From an uncultured delta proteobacterium (GTDB lineage Bacteria > Desulfobacterota > Binatia > DP-6), in the NCBI GenBank assembly GCA_963815115.1, contig CAWFFN010000012.1, positions 1-64,000 on the forward strand: DNA of 64,000 nt, given 5' to 3'. The stretch's first letter is position 1; every line of letters starts with the position of its first letter. The position numbers were made by a program, and so were the translations under genes. Positions 42,805 through 52,234 of the stretch are shown here, piece by piece. The notes beneath the pieces are model-generated. The model saw only the letters and a program-made list of their open reading frames with translations. It was not told the DNA's origin and did not search any database.

Positions 42805-43817
42805 GGCCCTCCCTGAGCCCGGCGCGTCGCATCGCGGTGGCCCTCGTCACCCTGGGCTTCGTCACGGTGATCGGAACGCTCGGCTACATGCTGCTCGAGA
42901 AGCTCTCCGTCGCGGACGCGCTCTATCTCACCGTCATCACCCTCACCACCGTCGGCTACGGCGATCTGGTCCCGCACACGGGAGCCGGCCGGATGTTCAC
43001 CGTCCTGCTGATCCTGTCCGGGGTGGGCAGTGCGCTCTACCTGTTCACCGTCGGGGCCCAGCTCGTGCTGGAAGGACAGCTGCGCGACGTCTTCGGGAGG
43101 AGCGCGATGCAACGACGGGCGGATCAACTCGAGCGGCACGTCATCGTCTGCGGCTACGGCCGCTTCGGACGCGCCGTCGCCGACGAGCTCGAGCGCAACG
43201 GTGTCGAGATCGTCGTCATCGACGCCGATCCGGCGCGCGAGGAGGAGCTGCAACGACGCGGCGCTCCCTACGTCATCGGATCCGCCGACGTCGACGACGT
43301 GCTCGAGCGCGCGGGGATCGGCCGCGCACGCGCCATCGTGGTTGCCACCCCCTCCGACCCGGACAACGTGTTCATCACGCTCTCCGCGCGGGAGAAGAAT
43401 CCCCACGTCCGCATCCACGCCCGCGGCGAGACGGAAGCCGGCCTGCGGCGCCTCCGGCTGGCGGGGGCCGATCAGGCGCTCTCGGCCTACCACAGCGGCG
43501 GGGTGCGCATGGCGGAGTCGATCCTGCGGCCGTCGGTGGTCGACTTCCTGGAGCTCTCCGCGCCGGGTCGCCGCACCGGGTTTGCGCTGGAGGAGATGCG
43601 GATCGCGCCGCGCTGCGGGCTGGAGGGGCGCACGATCCGGCAGATAGAGGAGGCCTGGAGCCGTCTGCGCGTCGTGGTGCTCGAGCGCAACGGCGAGGCG
43701 TCCCTGATCGTGCCCGATCCGACGACGGTCCTGGCGGCCGGCGATCTCCTGGTGGCGGTCGGCGAGCGCGACACGCTCGCGCGGCTGGCGCAGGCGGCGT
43801 CGAGCGAGACGGCGTGA
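42801..43817 (+). CDS. Potassium channel protein with RCK (TrkA-N/TrkA-C) domains; start uncertain
   Basis: TTVGYGD selectivity filter, HVIVCGYGRFG. Confidence 0.9.
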   Translation: MRPSLSPARRIAVALVTLGFVTVIGTLGYMLLEKLSVADALYLTVITLTTVGYGDLVPHTGAGRMFTVLLILSGVGSALYLFTVGAQLVLEGQLRDVFGRSAMQRRADQLERHVIVCGYGRFGRAVADELERNGVEIVVIDADPAREEELQRRGAPYVIGSADVDDVLERAGIGRARAIVVATPSDPDNVFITLSAREKNPHVRIHARGETEAGLRRLRLAGADQALSAYHSGGVRMAESILRPSVVDFLELSAPGRRTGFALEEMRIAPRCGLEGRTIRQIEEAWSRLRVVVLERNGEASLIVPDPTTVLAAGDLLVAVGERDTLARLAQAASSETA

Positions 43818-43949
43818 TGGTGCTCGGGCTCCTCCTTGCTCGGGTGACAAAACGTGCGAGATTCGATGAAATCGAGAGAAAGGGGCGATCGCGATTCCGA
43901 TGGGTAGGAAGGAGCGTTCGAGCGGCCGTCGCGGCCGACCCGGAGCCGG

Positions 43950-43965
43950 TGGCGGGTCGGTTGCT
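43950..43965 (+). promoter_or_regulatory. sigma54 -24/-12 promoter
   Basis: TGGCGGGTCGGTTGCT; palindrome TTCCGA-N4-TAGGAA at 43895-43910. Confidence 0.72.
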
Positions 43966-44039
43966 ACGTGGTCGATCGCGCGAGCTGCGAACCGGATGAA
44001 CGACGCGCCGGCGTCGCCCTCCTCCACGTCGGAGAAGCC

Positions 44040-45248
44040 ATGAACGCCCAGGCCGATCCCATGCGGAGGTCGCCCACCGGCCTCGTGCTCTCCGGCGGCG
44101 GCGCGCGGGCGGCCTATCAGGCGGGCGTCCTGCGCGGCCTGATCGACCTCGGGGTCGCGTCCGGCGGTCCTACGAGCTTCGACATCGTGGTGGGGTCGAG
44201 CGCGGGCGCGATCAACGCCGGCGCGCTCGCCGCGTTCGCGGACCGCTTCGGTGAAGGCGTCGACGGCCTCGAGCGGGTGTGGGGAGCGATCCGTCCCGAG
44301 CAGGTCTTCCGCACCGACCTGCAGTCGCTGGGCAAGATTGGCTTCAAGTGGATCCGCGACCTGTCGTTCGGCGGCGTGCTCCGGCGTACCTCGCCCAAAT
44401 CGCTGCTCGACACCGGTCCGCTGCGCGCATTTCTCGCCGAGCACGTTCCCCTCGCTCGGATCGGTGCGCACGTCGAGAGCGGCGCACTCCGCGCGCTGGC
44501 GATCCTCGCGACCAACCTCTACACCGCCGACGGCGTCGTCTTCGTCCAGGCCGGCCCCGATGTTGCGCTCTGGCGGCGGAGGCGCTGGAGCATCGAGCGA
44601 GCGACCATCGGGGTCGATCATCTCGTGGCCTCGAGCGCGATCCCCATCTTCTTCCCCACCGCCGAGATCGAGGGCCGGCACTTCGGTGACGGGGCGGTCC
44701 GCAACACGGCGCCGCTCAGCCCCGCGATCAACCTGGGAGCGGATCGCATCGTGGCCATCGGCGTCAGCCATGGGCACGCTCCCGAGACGACCACCGGCGC
44801 CGGCCACGAGCGGCCCCCGACGGTGGCTCAGGTGGCCGCGGCGTTGCTCGACGCCGTCCTGCTCGACGCGATCGAGGTGGACGTCGAGCACAGTGGGCGG
44901 GTGAACCACGGCATCGTGGCGGTGCCCTGCGACGACACCCGGGCGCCGCTGCGATGGATCGACGTCCTCTGGATCGCCCCGTCCCGCTCGATCGGCGCGA
45001 TCGCCGCGGAGCACGCGCACCGCATCCCGGCCGTCGTCCGGTATCTGATGCGTGGCCTGGGAGACGACGAATCGACCGTCGAGCTCGCGAGCTACCTGCT
45101 CTTCGACGCCGACTTCTGCCGGTGCCTGATGGAGCTCGGCCGGGCCGACGTCGCCGCGCGCGCGGCCGAGATCGAGGCCTTCTTCGCGGGACGATCGATG
45201 CACCCGGTGACCGAGGCGACGGCGCGCGGCGTGCCCTTGGTGCTCTAG
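44040..45248 (+). CDS. Patatin-like phospholipase
   Basis: LSGGGARAAYQAG, GSSAG, DGA. Confidence 0.93.
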   Translation: MNAQADPMRRSPTGLVLSGGGARAAYQAGVLRGLIDLGVASGGPTSFDIVVGSSAGAINAGALAAFADRFGEGVDGLERVWGAIRPEQVFRTDLQSLGKIGFKWIRDLSFGGVLRRTSPKSLLDTGPLRAFLAEHVPLARIGAHVESGALRALAILATNLYTADGVVFVQAGPDVALWRRRRWSIERATIGVDHLVASSAIPIFFPTAEIEGRHFGDGAVRNTAPLSPAINLGADRIVAIGVSHGHAPETTTGAGHERPPTVAQVAAALLDAVLLDAIEVDVEHSGRVNHGIVAVPCDDTRAPLRWIDVLWIAPSRSIGAIAAEHAHRIPAVVRYLMRGLGDDESTVELASYLLFDADFCRCLMELGRADVAARAAEIEAFFAGRSMHPVTEATARGVPLVL

Positions 45249-45281
45249 CTCCGTGAGGGAGCGGCACCTTCACGCATCCGA

Positions 45282-46178
45282 TCACGTGTGCGTCGCGCGT
45301 CCAGGGCGGACGACTCCGGCACTGGCGCGCGGCACGATCCACACCGGGCACCCCGCGTCGTGGATGATCGCTCGAGTGGTGTCGGGGGTGAACAGACGTC
45401 GCCAAACGTCACGGGCGTGCTCTCCGAGGACGGCGAACTGCGGCTGCACCGCCCGCAGATGCGAGAGGATCTCGGTCGGGGGCTGGCCGTGGCGGACGCA
45501 AGTGCTGGCCCGGCCGCGGAGCTCCGCGGGCACGGCGGCGTCGAGCCGCTCGCGTGCGGCGCGTTCCGCGCCTTCGGTCCGGTGCGATTCGCCCGGCAGC
45601 ACGTGAAGCAGCTCGAGATGGATGGGAAGCTCGTGCGCGAGGGCGCATGCGTAGTCGATGGCATGCTGCGCGGTGGGCGAGAAATCAGTCGGGACCACCG
45701 CCCGTGGCGCCGCCGCGCCGGGCTCGGCGGCGAGGCGCAGCGGCTCCTGCCGTCCCTCGTGCAGGCACAGTACCGGGCAGGGCGTCTTCGTGATCACGCG
45801 CTCCGTCACCGATGCGTGCTCCGGCGTGCTCCACCCGTGCGAGCCGAGCACGATCAGATCCGCCGGCAGCCGTTCGGCGAGGGAAAGCACGACCTGCCCG
45901 ATCGGGCCGGCGCTGAGCACTCCCTCGACGACCACGGACGTCGGCACCGCGGCGAGGGCGTCGTGCATCTGCCGCTCCGCCTCCGCTTCCGGAAGGCATT
46001 CGCGGTAGTGCGTCGATTCCCAATCCCAGGAGCGCGAGAGGCCAGGAGCGATGGTCATCCGGTTGTAGTGCAGCACGAGGCGGGCCCTGAACGCGCGAGC
46101 CACCTCGACCGCGGAGTCGAGCGCACGAGCGGACAGGGCCGAGAAGTCGATCGGACAGAGGATGGTGCGGATGTTCAT
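45282..46178 (-). CDS. Tandem universal stress protein
   Basis: ILCPIDFS..LIVLGSHG..SVTERVI..PCPVL; VVPTDFS..AGCPVWIV. Confidence 0.92.
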   Translation of the reverse strand: MNIRTILCPIDFSALSARALDSAVEVARAFRARLVLHYNRMTIAPGLSRSWDWESTHYRECLPEAEAERQMHDALAAVPTSVVVEGVLSAGPIGQVVLSLAERLPADLIVLGSHGWSTPEHASVTERVITKTPCPVLCLHEGRQEPLRLAAEPGAAAPRAVVPTDFSPTAQHAIDYACALAHELPIHLELLHVLPGESHRTEGAERAARERLDAAVPAELRGRASTCVRHGQPPTEILSHLRAVQPQFAVLGEHARDVWRRLFTPDTTRAIIHDAGCPVWIVPRASAGVVRPGRATHT

Positions 46179-46876
46179 GACGCCTCCCCGGCGTGCCCCC
46201 TGCCACGACCCACGGTCCGGGCCGGGTGGGACGGCATCCTCGCGCGCGCACGCGCGAGCAGCGCGATCACCTCGCCGTCGGAGGCCGGCGGGAAGTCGCG
46301 GTACAAGGCCCCGACCGCGTCGAATTGGCGCGGCGCGCGGAGGCATACTATCTCGTCGACGCACGGTCTGAGTCGCGCGAGGGCATCGAAGGCCGCAATG
46401 GGCGTCGCCACCACGAGGCGGCGCGGGCGGGCCCGCCCCACGACGTGCGCCGCGGCACACATGGTGTTGCCGGTCGCGATGCCGTCGTCGACCAGGATGA
46501 CGGTCCGATCCGCGAGCGGGGCGGGGCGTTGTCCCTCGCGCAGCAGGGCCTCGCGCAGGCGTGCCGCCGCGAGCTGCCGGGCGACTTCGCCGCACAGGTA
46601 GTCGGGCAGCACCCCGAGGATCGCGATGGCGCTGTCGTCCAGGGCAACCTCCGGCACGGCGCCGACGACCACGGCGCCGATTCCGAGCTCGGCGTCCGCC
46701 GGGGCGCGGAGCTTCCGCACCACCAGGGCCTCGAGCGGTGCACCCAGGCCTGCGGCGACCTCGTCCGCCACCACCACCCCTCCTCGTGGCACCCCGACGA
46801 CGACGCAATCGGTCCCCCGGTAGTGGCCGAGCTTGGCCGCCAGCTGGCGTCCGGCGTCCCGTCTGTCTGCAAACAT
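46175..46876 (-). CDS. Phosphoribosyltransferase-like protein (Rv0571c/Rv2030c N-domain type)
   Basis: MFADRRDAGRQLA, GVPRGGVVVA, VRKLRAP, VILVDDGIATG, AVGALYRDF. Confidence 0.92.
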   Translation of the reverse strand: MFADRRDAGRQLAAKLGHYRGTDCVVVGVPRGGVVVADEVAAGLGAPLEALVVRKLRAPADAELGIGAVVVGAVPEVALDDSAIAILGVLPDYLCGEVARQLAAARLREALLREGQRPAPLADRTVILVDDGIATGNTMCAAAHVVGRARPRRLVVATPIAAFDALARLRPCVDEIVCLRAPRQFDAVGALYRDFPPASDGEVIALLARARARMPSHPARTVGRGRGHAGEAS

Positions 46877-46888
46877 GCCGAAATCCGC

Positions 46889-46904
46889 TGCATCCGACGT
46901 GCCA
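46889..46904 (-). promoter_or_regulatory. sigma54 -24/-12 promoter
   Basis: TGGCACGTCGGATGCA; -12 C is 14 nt from ATG 46876; palindrome-like GTCGCA-N4-TGAGAA at 46924-46939. Confidence 0.78.
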
Positions 46905-47121
46905 GCATGATCGCCACGCATTCGTCGCAGCGATGAGAATGTGCTGCTCTCCGTTCGCATCACTCGTTGGCTCGGCGGGCGGACGCGCCCACCGGACTCG
47001 GGCGCGCCGGATCGCCGTACCGCGGGCCGAGCCCGACTCAGAAATCGGATCGAAGCGAGCAGGCGGTCGCAGATGTGGGAACGCTTTCCTGCGTTCGTCT
47101 GGCAGGAGCGTCGCCGCGCCC

Positions 47122-47137
47122 TGGCAAGATCCTTGCT
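47122..47137 (+). promoter_or_regulatory. sigma54 -24/-12 promoter
   Basis: TGGCAAGATCCTTGCT; palindrome-like sites at 47035-47050 and 47066-47081. Confidence 0.8.
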
Positions 47138-47225
47138 ACCGATGATGACGGGACGTGCGCTCGCCGGGAGGGGCGGGGTGCCTCTGCAGCGACCGATCGG
47201 GCGCAAGAAGCCTCGCGGAGGGTTC

Positions 47226-48914
47226 ATGCTCACTGCTTCCGGGGATGCGACGAGAGTGCGGCGGCCGCCCCTCGCGCTGGGCCGCGACGAGACCGTGGCC
47301 GCCGACCAGGCAGCGCTCGTGCGCGCGCTCACGGATCCATCATTCTACCCGCATGGCCCCTCGCGGGTTGAGCACGTGCAGACGCACATCTCCCACGTCT
47401 TCCTGGCCGGGCCGTACGCCTACAAGCTCAAGAAAGCGGTGCGGTTCCCGTTCCTCGACGCCAGCACGGCGGCGCGGCGGTGCACCCTGTGCGAGGACGA
47501 GCTCCGGCTCAACGGCCGCCTCGCGGCTCCCATCTACCTCGGCGTGCTGCCGATCACGCGCGAGCCGGACGGTCGCCTGGCGCTCGACGGAAGCGGCCCG
47601 GTGGTCGATCGGGTCGTCTGGATGCGGCGCCTCCCCGACGGGCGCATGCTCGATCGCCTGGTCGCGGGCACGGCGGTCGACGCCGACATGATGGGAAGGC
47701 TCGCACGCATGCTGGCCGACTTCCACGCCGGCGCACCGGCTGGCCCGGAGGTCGCGGCCCATGGTGCGCCCGAGGCCCTCCTCGCCGCCTGGCGTCAGGT
47801 ACTCGGGCTCGCGGCTCCGCTCGTCGGCGGTCCGCTACCTCCGGCGGCGCACACCATTCTCGCGGCCTTCGGTCCCGCCTTCGTCACGCGTCACGATGCC
47901 CTGCTGCGAGGTCGCCAGGCCGCCCGCCACATCCGCGAGGGACACGGCGATCTGCGTGCGGAACACGTCTGTGCCATCGACACGCCCGTGCCTGCTGCCC
48001 CGCCGCACGCCCCGCTCATGCCGGGCATCTACGTCATCGATTGCGTCGAATTCTCGCAGCCGCTGCGCTGCAATGACGTGGCCTCGGAGGTCGCGTTCCT
48101 CGCCATGGATCTCGGCCGGCTCGGCCGGCCCGACCTGGCGGAGGCGTTCGTCGACGCCTACGTCGTCGCGAGCGGCGACCGGCAGCTGCGCGCGTTGCTC
48201 CCCTACTATTGTGCCTACCGGGCGTGCGTCCGCGGGGCGATCGAGGGACTCAAGTCCGTCGAACCGGAAGTCGAGCCGGCCGAGCGCGCGGCCGCGACGG
48301 CGCGCGCCAGGGTGTACTTCGGGCGGGCGCTTCGCCACGCCTGGGAAGCGCAGCTGCCGGCGGTGCTCGTCTGCTGCGGACTCAGCGGCAGTGGCAAGAC
48401 GGCGCTCGCCGCCGCGTTGTCGGAAGCGACGGGCTTCGTCCATCTCAGCACCGACGGGCTGCGGAAGCAGCAGGCATCCGGTGCGACCGCTGCGCCCTAC
48501 GGCGCCGGCCGCTACACCCGGGCGGCACGAGCGGCAGTCTACGCCCGCCTGTGCGCCCAGGCGGACGCCGCGCTCGCGTCGGGAAGCGGCGTCGTGGCGG
48601 ATGCGACGTTCATCCGTCGGCAGGACCGTCAGGCCCTCGCGGCCGTTGCCGCCCGGCACCGCCGTCCGGTGCTCTTCCTCGAGTGCGAGGCCGATCCGCA
48701 CACGATCCGCCGGCGGCTGGAGGCCCGGCGCGGCGGCCTCTCGGACGCGCGCTGGGCAACACACCTCCGCCAGCGCGAGGAGCGCGAGCCATTCGGCCCG
48801 CAGGAGACGCACCGCACCCTCGACACCGGACGCGACCTGCACGACGTGCTCGAGGAGCACCTACCGGCCATCTGGCGGTGGAGTGCGGCGCACGCGGCGA
48901 GCGCCAGGCCGTGA
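47226..48914 (+). CDS. Aminoglycoside-phosphotransferase-like + AAA_33 kinase fusion (Rv2004c-like)
   Basis: QTHISHVFLAG..YKLKKAV.FPFLD, EGHGDLR, DCVEF, GLSGSGKT, DATF; RBS GGAGG. Confidence 0.92.
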   Translation: MLTASGDATRVRRPPLALGRDETVAADQAALVRALTDPSFYPHGPSRVEHVQTHISHVFLAGPYAYKLKKAVRFPFLDASTAARRCTLCEDELRLNGRLAAPIYLGVLPITREPDGRLALDGSGPVVDRVVWMRRLPDGRMLDRLVAGTAVDADMMGRLARMLADFHAGAPAGPEVAAHGAPEALLAAWRQVLGLAAPLVGGPLPPAAHTILAAFGPAFVTRHDALLRGRQAARHIREGHGDLRAEHVCAIDTPVPAAPPHAPLMPGIYVIDCVEFSQPLRCNDVASEVAFLAMDLGRLGRPDLAEAFVDAYVVASGDRQLRALLPYYCAYRACVRGAIEGLKSVEPEVEPAERAAATARARVYFGRALRHAWEAQLPAVLVCCGLSGSGKTALAAALSEATGFVHLSTDGLRKQQASGATAAPYGAGRYTRAARAAVYARLCAQADAALASGSGVVADATFIRRQDRQALAAVAARHRRPVLFLECEADPHTIRRRLEARRGGLSDARWATHLRQREEREPFGPQETHRTLDTGRDLHDVLEEHLPAIWRWSAAHAASARP

Positions 48915-49358
48915 ACAGAGACCGAGGCCCCGGACCCACCGCCGCGCCCTGTGCACGACCCCGGCAATCGCTCGCGCCGCCTCCCGGGAGGGTGCGCTCG
49001 AGGGCGCACCGATCTCGATGCCGAGCAGCCGGCCGTGCGCCGGCAGCCGACCGAGCGCGTCCGCGAGCTGCAGGGCCTCCGCGACTCCCAGGTCGTGCGA
49101 CGAGACCGGCCGAAGGAAGGAGCCCGGCAGCTTCCGGAGGTCGAGATCGTGAATGGTTCCGGGCGGAGCGCCCGAGCGCACGGCGTCGATGACGAGGGCC
49201 GCCTCGACGCCGTCCAGGAGCTCGATCAGGCCGGCGCCGGGACGATCGGCGACCACCACCTCCACGCCGGGCGGGGGGTCCTCGGCGAGTTGGCGCGCCG
49301 CCGCGAGACCGCAGGCGTCGTCCCCGAACGGGCTGCCGGTGCCGATGATGCGGATCAT
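48861..49358 (-). CDS. Hydrogenase maturation protease
   Basis: IIGTGSPFGDDACG, VIDAV, SSHDLG. Confidence 0.9.
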   Translation of the reverse strand: MIRIIGTGSPFGDDACGLAAARQLAEDPPPGVEVVVADRPGAGLIELLDGVEAALVIDAVRSGAPPGTIHDLDLRKLPGSFLRPVSSHDLGVAEALQLADALGRLPAHGRLLGIEIGAPSSAPSREAARAIAGVVHRARRWVRGLGLCSRPGARRVRRTPPPDGR

Positions 49359-50659
49359 CGCCGCTCGATCGTGAGATCGAGAAAGTGCGTCGCGCACGAG
49401 ATGCAGGGGTCGTAGCTGCGGATGACCATCTCGCACCGGCGGGTCGCCTCCGCACGGGAGAGCGGCAGGATGGCGGGGACGAGGGCGCGCAGGTCGGCTT
49501 CGATCTGCGCCTGGTTCTGGGCCGTGGGTGGCACGATGTGCGCGCTGCGGATCATCCCGCGCTCGTCCGTCTCGTAGGCGTGGTAGAGGCTGCCGCGGGG
49601 GGCCTCGGTGACGGCGCGGCCGACGCCGGCACGGGGCGTCCAGCTCGCCGCCGGAGCGACGGGTGGCTCATAGGTGTCGATGATCCGGATGGCCTCCTCC
49701 ACGCCGTAGAAGATCTCCAGCGCGCGCGCCACGATGCTGACGGAGGGATTGCTGCTCGGCCAGGCGACGTGTGTCTCGCGTGCGACCTCCGTCACGGCGG
49801 GGCCGAGCTCTTCGAAGTTGAGGTTCACGCGAGCGAGCGGACCGAGGAGGTAGGGGCCACGGCCCTTCACCGTCGCATGCAGCGCGTTGGAGTACGGAAC
49901 CTGGTGCTCCGCGAAGACGTCCCCGAACTCGTCCTGGGCGCAGTCGATGCCCTTGTTCGACACCATCCGGCCCTCGTTCATGGGGTATTCCCCGGGCTGG
50001 CGAAGCGACACGAATTCGATGTCCAGGTCGCGATCGGGGAGATCGAAGCCGGAGACCCAGCGGACGGCGGCCCGGGCGTCCTCGCGGGCGCGCTCGAGAT
50101 CGGCACGCGTTCCGGCGAGCTCCGCGGGCCGCGGCGCGCGCGTGAACCCGCCGATGCAGGCGCTGACCGGGTGCACCGAGCGTCCTCCCAGGAGCGCGAT
50201 GATCGCATTGCCCGCCTTGCGCAGGCGGAGTCCGCGCTCGACGGCTGCGCGATCCTTCTGGGCCAGCGTGATGGCGCTCTCGCAGCCGAGGAAATCGGGC
50301 GCCGCCAGCATGAACACGTGGAGCGCGTGGCTCTCGATCCACTCGCCGCAGTAGTAGAGGCGGCGTAGAGCGCGCACCGCCGGGTCGATCGCGACGCCGA
50401 ACAGCCGCTCCAGGGCATGCACCGCGCTCATCTGGTACGCCACCGGACAGATGCCGCAGATGCGAGCCGTGAGGTCGGGGGCCTCGGCGGCGTGTCGGCC
50501 GCGCAGCAGGGCATCGAAGAAACGCGGCGGCTCGAAGAGCGCGAGGCGCAGGTCGACGACCCGGTCGCCCTCGACGGCGAGGTGCAGCGAGCCGCCACCC
50601 TCGACCCGGGAGAGCGTGTCGACGCGGACGATCCTACGCTTTGCCCTTGTCGATGGCAT
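49355..50659 (-). CDS. hyhL: Group 3b [NiFe]-hydrogenase large subunit
   Basis: RVEG, L1 RICGICP, EAPRGSLYH, L2 DPCISCATH plus cleavable C-terminal tail. Confidence 0.95.
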   Translation of the reverse strand: MPSTRAKRRIVRVDTLSRVEGGGSLHLAVEGDRVVDLRLALFEPPRFFDALLRGRHAAEAPDLTARICGICPVAYQMSAVHALERLFGVAIDPAVRALRRLYYCGEWIESHALHVFMLAAPDFLGCESAITLAQKDRAAVERGLRLRKAGNAIIALLGGRSVHPVSACIGGFTRAPRPAELAGTRADLERAREDARAAVRWVSGFDLPDRDLDIEFVSLRQPGEYPMNEGRMVSNKGIDCAQDEFGDVFAEHQVPYSNALHATVKGRGPYLLGPLARVNLNFEELGPAVTEVARETHVAWPSSNPSVSIVARALEIFYGVEEAIRIIDTYEPPVAPAASWTPRAGVGRAVTEAPRGSLYHAYETDERGMIRSAHIVPPTAQNQAQIEADLRALVPAILPLSRAEATRRCEMVIRSYDPCISCATHFLDLTIERR

Positions 50660-51410
50660 CGCCGCTCTCGCGCCACGGCTGCACGTACCCGTTGATGGCG
50701 CGCAGGCGCTGGACCGCGTCCGTCCGATCCAGCCCCTGGGCGTGCAGCAGGCCCGTGAAGGCCGGCATGTTGGGATCGTCGGCCGGGCCGAAGCAGCCGT
50801 AGCACCCGCGGCCCAGACGAGGACACAGCGCGCCGCAGCCGGTCCGTGTCACCGGGCCGAGGCAGGGTTCGCCGCGCGCCACGACGACACACACGTTTCC
50901 GGCTCGCTTGCACTCCATGCACACGCTGAAGGCGGGCAAGAACGGGCGCGCTCCCGACAGCAGGGACCGGACCACGGCGAGGAGTTGCTGGGTGTCGATC
51001 GGGCAGCCCCAGATCTCGAAGTCCACGCGGACGTGTTCCGAGATGGGGGTGGACGTGGAAAGCGTCTCGACGAACTCGGGGCTGGGATACATGGCGCGCT
51101 TGTACTCCTCGACGTCGGACCAGTTTCGCAATGCCTGGATGCCGCCGGCGGTGGCGCACGCGCCGATGGTGACGAGATATCGGCTCTCCGCCCGCACCTC
51201 GAGTATGCGGCGCGCGTCGTGCGCGGTGGTGATGCTGCCCTCGACGAAGGCGATGTCGTAGGGGCCGTGCAGCGCACGGCTGCGCACCTCCGGGAAATAC
51301 GCGACGTCCACCTGGCGCGCGAGGGTGAGCAGTGCTGCCTCCGCGTTGACGAACTGCAGCTGGCAGCCGTCGCAGGACGCGAACTTGAAGACGGCCAGGC
51401 GCGGCTTCAT
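50634..51410 (-). CDS. hyhS: Group 3b hydrogenase small (delta) subunit
   Basis: KFASCDGCQL, VEGS, GACATAGG, GCP, CLGPVTRTGCGALCP..CYGCFG. Confidence 0.95.
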   Translation of the reverse strand: MKPRLAVFKFASCDGCQLQFVNAEAALLTLARQVDVAYFPEVRSRALHGPYDIAFVEGSITTAHDARRILEVRAESRYLVTIGACATAGGIQALRNWSDVEEYKRAMYPSPEFVETLSTSTPISEHVRVDFEIWGCPIDTQQLLAVVRSLLSGARPFLPAFSVCMECKRAGNVCVVVARGEPCLGPVTRTGCGALCPRLGRGCYGCFGPADDPNMPAFTGLLHAQGLDRTDAVQRLRAINGYVQPWRESGDAIDKGKA

Positions 51411-52234
51411 AGATTGCCGATCCCGAACAGTCGCTTCACCGCCGTGTACTGGAACACCGGCCCGTCCTTGCAGACGAAGTGCGGGCCGAACTGACAGTGC
51501 CCGCAGAGCCCGATCGCGCACTGCATGTGACGCTCCATGGACAGGTACACGTTCTCCTCGCTGATCCCCTTGGCGCACAACGCGCGCACGGCGTAGCGCA
51601 TCATCACCTCCGGGCCGCACATCATGACGACCGCGGATGGCTGGGCCGTGACCTCGTCGAAGAGGTTGGTCACCACGCCGACGCGGTAGCGCCAGTTCGC
51701 GTCGGGCCGGTCGGCGGTCAGGTAGACCTTCGTGCGCGGGTGCCGGCGCCAGGCCTCGAAGCGCTCGCGGTAGAGGAGATCGCGGGGCGTCTTCACCCCG
51801 TGCAGGATGTGGAGCGTCCCGTAGTCGTCGCGGCGGCGGAAGATGTACTCGATGACGCCGACCGCGGGGGCGCAGCCGAGGCCGCCCGTGACGATGACCA
51901 CGTCCCGCCCGCGGGCGGCCTCCATCGGCCAGCCCCGGCCGTACGGGCCGCGCACCCCGGCCACGTCGCCGACCTTCCAGCGTCCCATCACGCTCGTCAC
52001 CCGGCCGACGGCGCTGATCGTGTGCTCGAGCACCGTCGGCTCGTCGGGGTCCGAGACGATCGAGATCGGCACCTCGCCCACGCCGTAGGCGTACAGCATG
52101 TTGAACTGGCCGGCGGCGAAGCGATAGGCGCGCCTCACCGCGGGATCGACGAAGCGCATGGTGAAGGTGTGGATGTGCTCCGCCTCGACACGATGCGCGA
52201 CGATGCGCGCCGGATGAAAGGCATACGGGGTCAT
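51407..52234 (-). CDS. hyhG: Group 3b hydrogenase gamma subunit (FAD/NAD(P)-binding, 2Fe-2S)
   Basis: GQFNML, RGPYG, GGLGCAP, CGPEVMM, MQCAIGLCGHC..CKDGPVF. Confidence 0.95.
   Translation of the reverse strand: MTPYAFHPARIVAHRVEAEHIHTFTMRFVDPAVRRAYRFAAGQFNMLYAYGVGEVPISIVSDPDEPTVLEHTISAVGRVTSVMGRWKVGDVAGVRGPYGRGWPMEAARGRDVVIVTGGLGCAPAVGVIEYIFRRRDDYGTLHILHGVKTPRDLLYRERFEAWRRHPRTKVYLTADRPDANWRYRVGVVTNLFDEVTAQPSAVVMMCGPEVMMRYAVRALCAKGISEENVYLSMERHMQCAIGLCGHCQFGPHFVCKDGPVFQYTAVKRLFGIGNL

Noticed and set aside
46941-47332. Long N-terminal extensions of the kinase (from 46941) and PRTase (from 47332) ORFs
   Set aside because: They overlap each other and cover the promoter and palindrome region. 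Family N-termini and the RBS/promoter positions support starts at 47226 and 46876.
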